Of a stretch of 24,000 nucleotides of DNA, positions 15,972 to 24,000 are shown in pieces. Every line of letters begins with the position of its first letter. The first letter of the stretch is position 1. This DNA comes from an uncultured archaeon (GTDB lineage Archaea; Thermoproteota; Nitrososphaeria_A; Caldarchaeales; Calditenuaceae): assembly GCA_938017985.1 (NCBI GenBank), contig CALIKS010000007.1, positions 28,694 through 52,693 of the forward strand, given 5' to 3'. The notes beneath the pieces were generated by a model. The model was not told where the DNA came from and did no database searches. It saw only the letters and a program-made list of their open reading frames with translations. The translations under genes and the position numbers were made by a program.

Positions 15972-17255
15972 ATGGTTGCAAGTAGACATACTAGGCGAAA
16001 TTTTCTTGCATCTATAAGAAGCGCAGCAATTGGAGGCGTACTTGCCGGTACATTAATCGGCGCTGCAGGGACATACCTAGCCACTGGAGGTGCTAAAACC
16101 GTTACTGTTGAGAAAACAATGACTGTCGAGAAACAGAAGTCTATTAAGGTAGGATATGTCTACGTTGGTCCCGCCAAGGATTATGGATGGTCATATTCTC
16201 ATGATCAGGGCAGGCAATGGGCAGACGGAAGAATGCCGTTAGTAAGGAGCACCTATATCGAAGGGGTCAGCGATGCAGAGGTTAAAAGTGCAATGAGAGG
16301 ACTTATCGAGGGTGAAGGAGTAGACTTAGTTGTTGGGACGAGTTTCGGCTACATGGACCCCATGGCCGAGCTTGCATCTCAATATCCCGATAAGTACTTC
16401 CTCCACATTAATGGTTTCAGGGCCGGAATACTTGGTAATGCTCCCAATAACATGTCAGTCGCAGACATCAATACATATCAAATATATTATCTTGAGGGAT
16501 TGGCTGCGGGTAGTATAACTAAGACGGGAGCAGTAGGTATAGTTGCTACGTTCCCGGTTCCAGTCATAACTAGACTTGTTAATGCATTCACTCTTGGCGC
16601 GCACTATGCATATAAGAAGAGGACTGGTAAAGACATCAAAATTCAGGTTGTCTGGCTACTTACTTGGTTTGACCCCACGAAGGCTAGAGATGCCGCGATA
16701 TCTCTTATTGATATGATAAATGCTGATGTGCTCAGTTCTACGGAGGATTCACCGACTGTACTTCAGGTCGCGGAAGAATATACAACTAAGAAGGGAAGAA
16801 GAACATGGGGATTTAGCCATTACACAAATATGCATGAATATGGACCCAACTCACATCTGTCAGGACATATAGTAAACTGGGGAGTAATCTACCTAGAATT
16901 TTACAAAATGATAGCGACTAATACTTGGGAGTCTGTCGATATTTGGGCTCGACTCGGTGATTATTTACCCTCGAAATGGGCTAAGACGCCAGAGCAGAGC
17001 ACGCTCGGCAAACCCGAAGGACCTGTTTATATGGCACAGCTTAATCCAGCTATACCAGAGGAGTGGCAACTTGAAATCAAGAAGAGGTATGAAGAGATGA
17101 AGGAAGGAATTTTTGAGCCCTTCAGTAGTGAAGGAAACTTAGACGAGCCGATTAGGGACCAAGACGGTGAAGTGAGGATTCCAAAAGGTGGAAGAGCTAA
17201 CAGGAACATGCTCATGAATATGGATTGGATATCTGAATACATCGGACAAATATGA
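15972..17255 (+). CDS. BMP-family (PnrA/TmpC-like) ABC-type substrate-binding protein with a twin-arginine signal
   Basis: The N-terminus HTRRNFLASIRSAAIGGVLAGTLIGAAG is a Tat motif plus h-region. The BMP-like core is KVGYVYVGPAKDYGWSYSHDQG, and the C-terminus carries NMDWISEYIG. Confidence 0.75.
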   Translation: MVASRHTRRNFLASIRSAAIGGVLAGTLIGAAGTYLATGGAKTVTVEKTMTVEKQKSIKVGYVYVGPAKDYGWSYSHDQGRQWADGRMPLVRSTYIEGVSDAEVKSAMRGLIEGEGVDLVVGTSFGYMDPMAELASQYPDKYFLHINGFRAGILGNAPNNMSVADINTYQIYYLEGLAAGSITKTGAVGIVATFPVPVITRLVNAFTLGAHYAYKKRTGKDIKIQVVWLLTWFDPTKARDAAISLIDMINADVLSSTEDSPTVLQVAEEYTTKKGRRTWGFSHYTNMHEYGPNSHLSGHIVNWGVIYLEFYKMIATNTWESVDIWARLGDYLPSKWAKTPEQSTLGKPEGPVYMAQLNPAIPEEWQLEIKKRYEEMKEGIFEPFSSEGNLDEPIRDQDGEVRIPKGGRANRNMLMNMDWISEYIGQI

Positions 17256-18580
17256 GTAGAGAAGCAGATATATTGATTAAAAATATTACGATACTTAGAC
17301 CCGACCAAGCCTCAGAAATACTAAGAGACACGGATATTGTTATTGCAGACGGGAAAATAGTCAAGATTAGGACCAACATTAACATTGATGCTAAGCAAGA
17401 GCTAAATGGCCGCGGAAAAATCGCGTTGCCAGGACTCATAGACGCTCATACACATGTGTTTCAAATATTCCTAAGAGGAGCACTCACAATGCATGAGCTG
17501 CAACGTCATCCGATATGGCTTAACGTGCTAATTCCTTTTGAGGCTGAAATGGGGAAAGAAGAAGCGGAAATAAGTGCAAAACTGGCATGCCTTAACATGA
17601 TAAAAAAAGGGATTACTGCATTTTCTGACGCTGGTGGACCTTACCCTGAAATCTTAGCGGAGATAGTTTCCAAATCGGGTCTCAAAGCAACAGTTACCCA
17701 CTCCACGATTGATACTGGCATATCGTCTTATTTGAGATCTGCTGAGCTAAATAGAGAACTGGTCCATAAGTATAGGGCTGGAAGAGTTAGAGGCTGGTAC
17801 TCGCTCCGCCAGATAATGACCTCGACGGATGAACTGATCGAGAAAACTTTCAAATATGCTGAAGAAGATTCAGTTGGAATTCACATGCACCTCTCCGAAG
17901 AGCCAATTGAGATTCAGCATTCGCTATCTAGGTGGGGTAAAAGACCGGTAGAATTTCTGTACAATAAGGGATATTTAAATCATCACGTCGTTGCCGCCCA
18001 TTGTGCATTCTTAAGTAAGGAAGAAGTGAAAATGTTGTCTAAGAGTAATGTAAAAGTTGTCCACTGCCCGACTATTAACATGATGTATATGAATTTTCCT
18101 AGAGTCCCTGAACTGCTGGCTGAAGGAGTTAAGGTTGCTCTTGGAAGTGATGGAGGGAGCTATAGAAGCCTTGACTTATTTACCGAAATGAATATAATGA
18201 TTACTGGAATGACTGGTTATTATGGCTCACCATTTTTAGACTTTAATGTTATAACTCCAAAGGACGCATTGCTTATGGCCACTCGAAATGGAGCAGAAGC
18301 CCTGATGCTCGAAAAATCAGGCACAATAAAGGAAGGATACTCAGCGGACATAACTATAATTAATACTCATAAATCACATTTAATACCACTTCACGACCCG
18401 TTTACTCTTCCATTCTTCGCCTCTGGAGATGACGTCTCTGAAGTAATTGTTGATGGAAAATTAATAATGAAAAATGGAGCAGTACTGACGCTTGATGAGG
18501 AAAAAATCCTTACTGAAGCCCTAGAAATTACACCAATTGTTCAGGGAAGGATAAAAAGAATACTAAGCAAAGCAAAGTAA
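17252..18580 (+). CDS. Amidohydrolase-superfamily deaminase (MtaD/DadD/SsnA/guanine-deaminase-like)
   Basis: Motifs LPGLIDAHTHVFQ (HxH), HMHLSEE, AAHC and LGSDG are present. There is an ATGA overlap with the BMP gene. Confidence 0.75.
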   Translation: MSREADILIKNITILRPDQASEILRDTDIVIADGKIVKIRTNINIDAKQELNGRGKIALPGLIDAHTHVFQIFLRGALTMHELQRHPIWLNVLIPFEAEMGKEEAEISAKLACLNMIKKGITAFSDAGGPYPEILAEIVSKSGLKATVTHSTIDTGISSYLRSAELNRELVHKYRAGRVRGWYSLRQIMTSTDELIEKTFKYAEEDSVGIHMHLSEEPIEIQHSLSRWGKRPVEFLYNKGYLNHHVVAAHCAFLSKEEVKMLSKSNVKVVHCPTINMMYMNFPRVPELLAEGVKVALGSDGGSYRSLDLFTEMNIMITGMTGYYGSPFLDFNVITPKDALLMATRNGAEALMLEKSGTIKEGYSADITIINTHKSHLIPLHDPFTLPFFASGDDVSEVIVDGKLIMKNGAVLTLDEEKILTEALEITPIVQGRIKRILSKAK

Positions 18581-18622
18581 ATAATAATAGATATTAAAGT
18601 TTGCTCGGTTCAAAAATAATTT

Positions 18623-20194
18623 TTAGCCGATGGGCAATTTTCTCCGGTAAAAATCGTCTGATAATTTTCTTCCAGTTTTCTTCTCCCATTCTTCTATGGG
18701 TATTCCAAATTGTGCTTGAAGTCTATCTCTATACCATTCCGGTAGGACGTTAAAGGCACAGAACGGAATAATTCTCATATCTGGAGTTAAGTAATGTATC
18801 TCGCATCTCCACACTCTCTCTACATCATAGTTATACTTGTCTTGAAAGTGCATCATTCCTAGGAAGAGACTTCGTCTATGCCAATCTCCCACACTTCTAT
18901 AATCATGCTTAACGATTATGTTAAAGATCATTTGTTTAAGATTAAGTCCTTGAGGCTCCTTCTTTCTATTAATGAACTTGTCGAGGTTTGCAAGAACTTT
19001 CATTGCAACCCAATACTTATTTCTTCCCCTATGTATCTCCTCTGTCTTATCTTGGAGATAGTTTATTAACCCTTCAACATCGACAAATTCTGTAATCGGC
19101 TTAATCCTATCTCCGTCCTTAAAAACGTATGTTCCAGCACCACATGCAAAATGTGTGCTAAGCATATACTTGGGCTTACCTGTCAATGCTTCAATGAAAT
19201 CTGTTAGTGGTACACAAGAGGGCACTGGGAACCAAGCATCTCTAGAAATCATTCCATCAGTCTGTTCCTCAATCTTAATGATACAGTCCGGAATCGTGAT
19301 TCTATACTTTTCTCGCTCTTTCTTAGGCATCCTACCAGTAAGAGACACGGGCTGAAAGTTAACTGCACGTATAATATCAATATTTGCAAATCCAAATCTA
19401 ATTATCTCGCCTAATTCATGGTCATTAATGCCTCTTATTATGGTTGGAACAAGTACGACCCCTACCCCTAGCTTACGAGCATTATCAAGAATTGCCGGGA
19501 CCTCCCAGTGATTCTTTGGGTTAGTTCTAGGCGTGACCCCGTCAAAACTCATGTAAAGATTACTAATACCTGCTTCTTTCAGTTTCTTGAAATAATCAAA
19601 GTCTCTAGCAAGACGTATTCCATTAGTATTCAGCTGAATGTGATCAATTCCAACGTCCTTAATAGTTCTGACAATTTCTGGAAGATCATCCCTAAGCGTG
19701 GGTTCGCCTCCAGTTATCTGTACTGAATTTCCAGGGATTGGTCTCTCCGCCCTGAGGTTTAGAACCATATCCTTGATCTGCTCAAGCGTAGGCTCATAGA
19801 CGTATCCAGCCTTTTCAGCATAAAAGAAGCAATACCAACAATGCAAGTCACAGCGATTGGTAACAACGATGTTAGCGAGTGCTGTATGACTGAGATGTTC
19901 ACTACAAAGGCCACAGTTTGCTGGACAAACAACTTTAGGTACCAGGACGTTCGGATTTCCTGTTCCTTTCCCGTCTCTTTGCCACTTGGCAAACTTATAG
20001 TACAAAGAAGCATCGCCGAAGTATAGCTCCTCTACTTCGCCGTGCTTAGGACAAGTCTTTTTAATGTATATTTTATTATTCATTTCAAATATTTCGGCTG
20101 GTAAAATGGCATTACATTCTGGACAAATACTCATAGTTTTACTTATTAACTTCTTGACACGTTTTTCTTCTAATATTTCTGCTGTAGTTGTCAT
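18623..20194 (-). CDS. Radical SAM enzyme of the COG1964 type, a probable tetraether lipid synthase (Tes / GDGT-MAS family)
   Basis: The N-terminal CPEC...CPKHG is a rubredoxin/zinc-ribbon-like element. A CPANCGLC motif is followed by the radical SAM CDLHCWYC and GGEPTL. The C-terminus carries MHFQDKYNYDVERVWRCEIHY...IPFCAFN. The family assignment is from memory of the family pattern, not from an alignment. Confidence 0.55.
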   Translation of the reverse strand: MTTTAEILEEKRVKKLISKTMSICPECNAILPAEIFEMNNKIYIKKTCPKHGEVEELYFGDASLYYKFAKWQRDGKGTGNPNVLVPKVVCPANCGLCSEHLSHTALANIVVTNRCDLHCWYCFFYAEKAGYVYEPTLEQIKDMVLNLRAERPIPGNSVQITGGEPTLRDDLPEIVRTIKDVGIDHIQLNTNGIRLARDFDYFKKLKEAGISNLYMSFDGVTPRTNPKNHWEVPAILDNARKLGVGVVLVPTIIRGINDHELGEIIRFGFANIDIIRAVNFQPVSLTGRMPKKEREKYRITIPDCIIKIEEQTDGMISRDAWFPVPSCVPLTDFIEALTGKPKYMLSTHFACGAGTYVFKDGDRIKPITEFVDVEGLINYLQDKTEEIHRGRNKYWVAMKVLANLDKFINRKKEPQGLNLKQMIFNIIVKHDYRSVGDWHRRSLFLGMMHFQDKYNYDVERVWRCEIHYLTPDMRIIPFCAFNVLPEWYRDRLQAQFGIPIEEWEKKTGRKLSDDFYRRKLPIG

Positions 20195-20219
20195 TCTTCT
20201 GCAAATTTGTAAAATCGCT

Positions 20220-20229
20220 TACTATTTAT
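20220..20229 (-). promoter_or_regulatory. Candidate TATA box for the radical SAM gene
   Basis: The minus strand reads AATAAATAGT about 26-35 nt upstream of the ATG at 20194. Confidence 0.35.
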
Positions 20230-20273
20230 TGTTTTTCATACTATTTACATGGTAATAGAATGGTGAAGGATAC

Positions 20274-20285
20274 TTATTATAAAAA
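20274..20285 (+). promoter_or_regulatory. Candidate TATA box for dtdA
   Basis: TTATTATAAAAA lies about 30-35 nt upstream of the TTG start at 20314. Confidence 0.35.
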
Positions 20286-20313
20286 GTAGCTAATTCGGTG
20301 GGATAATCCCGGG

Positions 20314-21129
20314 TTGAGACCAATAATACTATTCTCCAAAGCAGACGTAGCCTCGATGTTGACTAGGCAGGTATTGCTTGAGAGCTTCAATTGGCGTGAA
20401 TTATACATCGAAAAGAATGGTGAGGCAGTAATAAGTGACGGAACTATAATCGGCTTGACAACGAGAAAACACCACATTTACTTGAAAGATGAGGAAATAA
20501 AAGGTCTCGGTGGCGATTTAATAATCGTAGCTTCCAGTCATAGGTCTGAAAAGGGCATAAAGAGCCTTCACGCTCATTCTACTGGCAACTGGGGTGCAGA
20601 GGTAAAGCTCGGTGGAGAGCCAAATAAACTTTCGTATACAATGGCTGGCGCATTAAGCGTAGGTTTTAGAAAACTCTCAGAAGCAGCTTCTGAAGAAGAC
20701 AGACTAAAAGACTGGCTAGTCAGCCTAGAAGTTACGCATCATGGGCCTTACTCATCAGTTCCCTTAATATTTATTGAGTTCGGAGGACCTCAATCGGCAC
20801 TTCTTATTCGTGAAGCAGCAATAGTTGTAGCAGAAGCTTGCATCGCTGCCGCCAATGCCCATCTTTCCAATAAACCCGCGGTAGGTATAGGTGGAGGACA
20901 TTATGCACCACTATTCACAACGCTTACACTTCAAGGAGAATATGATTTTGGACATATAGTGCCAAAATATGCATTTCCAATATCTGATGAATTATTACTT
21001 GAGGCATTCGATAAGACTGTTGAGAAGACCAAATTAGCAATAATTGATTGGAAAGGAACACCGGGCACTTATAGACAACTCATAATTAATGTTCTAAAAA
21101 ATCAAGGAATAGAAGTAGTAAAAAAGTAG
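20314..21129 (+). CDS. dtdA: D-aminoacyl-tRNA deacylase, archaeal DTD2 type
   Basis: Motifs SHRSEKG...HSTGNWG, EVTHHGP, GIGGGHYAP, FGHIVPKYA and IDWKG are collinear with Pyrococcus DtdA as I recall it. The start codon is TTG. Confidence 0.85.
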   Translation: MRPIILFSKADVASMLTRQVLLESFNWRELYIEKNGEAVISDGTIIGLTTRKHHIYLKDEEIKGLGGDLIIVASSHRSEKGIKSLHAHSTGNWGAEVKLGGEPNKLSYTMAGALSVGFRKLSEAASEEDRLKDWLVSLEVTHHGPYSSVPLIFIEFGGPQSALLIREAAIVVAEACIAAANAHLSNKPAVGIGGGHYAPLFTTLTLQGEYDFGHIVPKYAFPISDELLLEAFDKTVEKTKLAIIDWKGTPGTYRQLIINVLKNQGIEVVKK

Positions 21130-21139
21130 AAGTATTTGT

Positions 21140-21153
21140 AGCTGTAGACAGCT
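21140..21153. promoter_or_regulatory. Perfect 6-bp inverted repeat, a candidate operator upstream of the HTH regulator gene
   Basis: The repeat AGCTGT-AG-ACAGCT abuts the AT-rich candidate TATA elements (CTTAAATATT at 21152-21161; TTAATTTTATA at 21166-21176) before the ATG at 21189. Confidence 0.3.
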
Positions 21154-21188
21154 TAAATATTCCTTTAATTTTATACCATATAGGATAC

Positions 21189-21560
21189 ATGCTGCTTCCA
21201 TCGGAGATTGAGGCAAGACTGATACTACCATTACTAAGAGCACTGATCGTGAAAAAATTAGTAAGTAAATACGGCTATACACAAGAAAAAATTGCCAATG
21301 TTCTAGGTATAACACAAGCTTCAGTAAGCAACTACTTAAGACAGACAAGAGCAAAGACAAGACTATGGGAGAATAACGAGTTTCTCAACCATGCTGCCGA
21401 CGAGATAGTAAAATTAATCATAGATAATGAGGACTCAAAAGTTATTAGAAAAAAGATGTATAAAACATTACTAAAAATGAGAAGGGAAGGAATGCTGTGC
21501 TATGCACATAAATATCTTGAACCCGACATAGATAAGGAATGCGATGTATGTAAAGAATAA
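21189..21560 (+). CDS. Small helix-turn-helix transcriptional regulator (COG2522-like) with a C-terminal Cys/His cluster
   Basis: YTQEKIANVLGITQASVSNYLRQ is a typical HTH. The C-terminus CYAHKYLEPDIDKECDVCKE has the pattern C-x2-H-x13-C-x2-C. Confidence 0.65.
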   Translation: MLLPSEIEARLILPLLRALIVKKLVSKYGYTQEKIANVLGITQASVSNYLRQTRAKTRLWENNEFLNHAADEIVKLIIDNEDSKVIRKKMYKTLLKMRREGMLCYAHKYLEPDIDKECDVCKE

Positions 21561-21563
21561 AGA

Positions 21564-21573
21564 GTTTTATAAT
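21564..21573 (+). promoter_or_regulatory. Candidate TATA box for the tandem-RAM gene (leaderless)
   Basis: GTTTTATAAT is centred about 26 nt upstream of the GTG start at 21595. Confidence 0.4.
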
Positions 21574-21594
21574 GGAATTTGAATATTCATAGTC

Positions 21595-22101
21595 GTGATT
21601 AAAGCATATATTTTAGGTATTGTTGGTAGTAGAAGCGAACTCATCAGTTGTCTAGAAGCTAGTAGGAAGATTCAATTTGTTAAAGAAGCTTATTTAATAT
21701 ATGGTGCATATGACTTAATATGTAAAGTAGAAGTAGACAAGCTTGAACAAATTAACGTAGTTTTGGACAACTTATTTCAAAATGGAATTATTGACTCTAA
21801 TACTCTCATAGTCAATAGCGCAGGACTAAATCTTGAGAAACCTGAATCATCTAAAAAAAAGAAATGTGCATATACATTCATTAAGATTAGGAGACCAGCC
21901 GCTCCGAAGCTTTGGGACAAGTTCTTAAACAGTATTGAGACTGTAATGGAGGCGCATGAAGTATACGGGTTCTACGATGTAGTTGTGAGCGTAAGTGAAG
22001 AAGCAAAGTCAGACTTCTTCAATAACTACTTCAGGAAGCTTTGGCTACTTACAGATATAAATCTAAACTCTACGACTACTACATTTACGGTAGATATCTA
22101 A
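21595..22101 (+). CDS. Stand-alone tandem Lrp/AsnC ligand-binding (RAM) domain protein with no DNA-binding domain
   Basis: There are two RAM-like halves (IKAYILG...EAYLIYGAYDLICKVEV and CAYTFIKI...EAHEVYGFYDVVVSVS) joined by a KKKK linker. The start codon is GTG. Confidence 0.65.
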   Translation: MIKAYILGIVGSRSELISCLEASRKIQFVKEAYLIYGAYDLICKVEVDKLEQINVVLDNLFQNGIIDSNTLIVNSAGLNLEKPESSKKKKCAYTFIKIRRPAAPKLWDKFLNSIETVMEAHEVYGFYDVVVSVSEEAKSDFFNNYFRKLWLLTDINLNSTTTTFTVDI

Positions 22102-22913
22102 ATCCGCAGCCCAGTCTTACCAATAATCATTAGAGAGGAAAATATTATTAATAATATTATGACGATCAGGCCGCCTGGTGCTAATCCAGAATAATATGAA
22201 CCGAATATACCTACAACTACTGCAAGCTCTGCTATGACTATTGAAATTGCGAGCGTTTTGCCAAAGCTTCTCGCTATCTGCATAGATGAAAGTACTGGAA
22301 TAGTTAAAATAGCGGATACCAGCAGCACTCCCATCAAACTAACTGATGCGACAACTACTAGTGAGACCGAAATTCCTAAAAGTAATTCATAGAGCTCTCC
22401 TTTCTTACCCGTAAGATAAAAAGCGTCTTCGTCAAATACGTAAAGAAGAAAACTCCTTAGCCTTAACAGTAGCATGAATGTAATGCATATTGTGATGGTG
22501 AATATTAAATAAATGTCTCTCCAGCTGAGAAAAAGAATACTTCCGAAAAGAACAGCTTCAAAATTTAATCTTCCTCCGAGTGATATAAAAATTGATGTCA
22601 ATGCAGCGAAAAATGATAAAACTATTACGAGTGCTTGTTCGCCACTAAACCTACTCTCCTTTGTAAGCTTAAAAATGATGATTGTAGCCAACAACGGTAT
22701 TATATATGTCAGATAAATATTATTTATTATTTTTAGCAAAGATGATAAGGCAAAAGCAGCTAGGACAATGTGGGCTACTGTATCACCAATCATTGTTAGA
22801 CGCTTAATTATAATAAATGCACCGATAATTGGACAAATAATGGCGATTAAAATACCAGCAATCACCGCCTTCTGCATAAATGATTGGAATAATGGCTCAA
22901 TCATAGGCATCAA
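22098..22913 (-). CDS. Metal ABC transporter permease (ABC-3 family, ZnuB/TroCD-like)
   Basis: It is 271 aa and very hydrophobic, with about 8 helices. It begins FMQKAVIAGILIAI and has a conserved GDTVAH-type segment. It overlaps the ATPase gene by 4 nt. Confidence 0.8.
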   Translation of the reverse strand: MMPMIEPLFQSFMQKAVIAGILIAIICPIIGAFIIIKRLTMIGDTVAHIVLAAFALSSLLKIINNIYLTYIIPLLATIIIFKLTKESRFSGEQALVIVLSFFAALTSIFISLGGRLNFEAVLFGSILFLSWRDIYLIFTITICITFMLLLRLRSFLLYVFDEDAFYLTGKKGELYELLLGISVSLVVVASVSLMGVLLVSAILTIPVLSSMQIARSFGKTLAISIVIAELAVVVGIFGSYYSGLAPGGLIVIILLIIFSSLMIIGKTGLRI

Positions 22914-23638
22914 TGGTTATGATTAAGTCCATATACGTGATATCCATAAAGTTTACACAACGCCTTACCATATAGTAATTCTTCAATATTATCGGCATGA
23001 AAGACTTTTTTGTTAACGCAAACAACCTTTTTGACATATGTACTAATAGCTGTAACATCATGAGTACTCATAATTATTGTTGTACCAAAGTTTTCGTTAA
23101 TATCTTTAAGAACATCATAAAGATTTTTCTTAAATGAAATGTCAATTGAACTCATAGGCTCGTCTAGCAATAATAATTTCGGGAAAGATATAATCTCTCT
23201 AGCTATGTAAAGCCTCTGGAATTGTCCAACTGAGAGTTCCGATATTCTCTTATTCTTAATATTCCATAATCCTACAAACTCTAACATTCTATACAACTCA
23301 TCAATAGATACACTCATGCTATGTGACTTCAATTTCATAAATTCTTCTACGCTTAGTGGAAACCATGCATATCTCCTCTCAATGCTTTGAGGTACATAAC
23401 CAATCCATGACCATTCATTAAAGCTCTTAATGTCTTTACCAAATAATCTGACAGTGCCCTTAGCTGGTTTTATTAATCCAATTATCGTTCTTAATATTGT
23501 CGTTTTACCTCCTCCATTAGGTCCAATTAAAGCCATAAAATCTCCCTCAGTTACGTTAAAGGATGCATCCTCAACTACGTAAACATTAGGTTCATAGCTT
23601 ATCCAAACACGGACTAGCTCAACAATATTATTATTCAA
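22910..23638 (-). CDS. Metal ABC transporter ATP-binding protein (ZnuC/TroB-like)
   Basis: Walker A is GPNGGGKTT, the signature motif is LSVGQFQRL, Walker B is LLLLDEP, and the H-loop is STHD. Confidence 0.88.
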   Translation of the reverse strand: MNNNIVELVRVWISYEPNVYVVEDASFNVTEGDFMALIGPNGGGKTTILRTIIGLIKPAKGTVRLFGKDIKSFNEWSWIGYVPQSIERRYAWFPLSVEEFMKLKSHSMSVSIDELYRMLEFVGLWNIKNKRISELSVGQFQRLYIAREIISFPKLLLLDEPMSSIDISFKKNLYDVLKDINENFGTTIIMSTHDVTAISTYVKKVVCVNKKVFHADNIEELLYGKALCKLYGYHVYGLNHNH

Positions 23639-24000
23639 GGCTTAGCCCCTCTACTAATGCTTCAAGGTTTTTCTTCATCATAAAAATATATCCCTCGCCT
23701 CTCTTTACATCATCAAGTTGAATATTCTCCATCGAATATAGTTTGAGTACCTTGAGACCATACTCAGCAGCAAAATTAGTAATAAACAAGTCATTTTCTC
23801 CGTATTCACTGTAAATAACTTTTATATTTTCATTATTAATCAATTCGATTAGTCGTTGTATTCTAGCAGAGGGTATTTCCTCCTCATGTATTCCAAATAG
23901 TGAAAAGGTCATTATTCCATATGTTTCTCCAAGATATCGGTATGCATCATGACGCGTAACTATTATTCGACCCCTGAATTTTTCAAGTTTATTTATATAC
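23631..24000 (-). CDS. Metal ABC transporter substrate-binding protein (TroA/ZnuA family). This is the C-terminal part; the 5' end lies outside the window.
   Basis: The ORF track starts at Met 23912, but I found the same frame open to nt 24000. The upstream translation is YINKLEKFRGRIIVTRHDAYRYLGETYGI, and the HDA(F/Y)xYL motif is typical of TroA/ZnuA. It overlaps the ATPase gene by 8 nt. Confidence 0.75.
   Translation of the reverse strand, partial: YINKLEKFRGRIIVTRHDAYRYLGETYGIMTFSLFGIHEEEIPSARIQRLIELINNENIKVIYSEYGENDLFITNFAAEYGLKVLKLYSMENIQLDDVKRGEGYIFMMKKNLEALVEGLSLE

Noticed and set aside
22098-24000. The ABC transporter read as a dedicated nickel importer for the hydrogenase.
   Set aside because: The binding protein, ABC-3 permease and ATPase look like the TroA/ZnuABC (Zn/Mn/Fe) type, not NikABCDE or CbiMNQO. 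The transporter is 6 kb and several unrelated genes away from the hyp genes, on the opposite strand. Metal specificity cannot be read from the sequence.
1-24000. CRISPR arrays, transposases, integrases, long terminal or direct repeats, or phage or defence-system genes.
   Set aside because: No repeat-spacer periodicity was seen. No ORF has transposase, integrase or nuclease hallmarks. Every sizeable ORF is accounted for by metabolic, maturation or transport families.

Overview
AT-rich archaeal chromosomal window, roughly 37-40% GC by eye. The coding style looks crenarchaeal or thermophile-like: AGA/AGG arginine codons, first genes of operons with a TATA-like box about 25 nt upstream of the start (leaderless), and internal genes with GGTGA-type Shine-Dalgarno sites and 4-nt start/stop overlaps. 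All calls rest on motif recognition in the supplied translations. No BLAST or HMM search was possible. The window is dominated by one co-directional 12-gene block (1513-15841, + strand). It encodes two tandem QmoC-like membrane Fe-S/cytochrome-b proteins, a QmoA-like short HdrA homolog, a full-length HdrA/QmoB-like protein, MvhD, MvhG and MvhA (group 3c-type [NiFe] hydrogenase). These are followed by the maturation endopeptidase, HypD, a HypC fused to a hotdog thioesterase, HypE and HypF. HypA and a cysteine-free Mrp/MinD ATPase (ATPase-type HypB candidate) are transcribed divergently from a 118-bp control region. No HdrB-type (CCG) subunit is present. The most interesting reading is therefore a membrane-anchored, quinone-linked Mvh/HdrA (Qmo-like) hydrogenase complex, with an unusual HypC-thioesterase fusion in its maturation set. 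The downstream genes are housekeeping or accessory. They are a Tat-signal BMP-family binding protein coupled to an amidohydrolase, a Tes/GDGT-MAS-like radical SAM enzyme, DtdA, a small HTH regulator, a tandem-RAM-domain protein, and a ZnuABC/TroA-type metal ABC transporter running off the 3' edge. The 5' edge carries the C-terminus of an ornithine cyclodeaminase/alanine dehydrogenase family gene. No rRNA, tRNA, CRISPR array, transposase or integrase was recognised.
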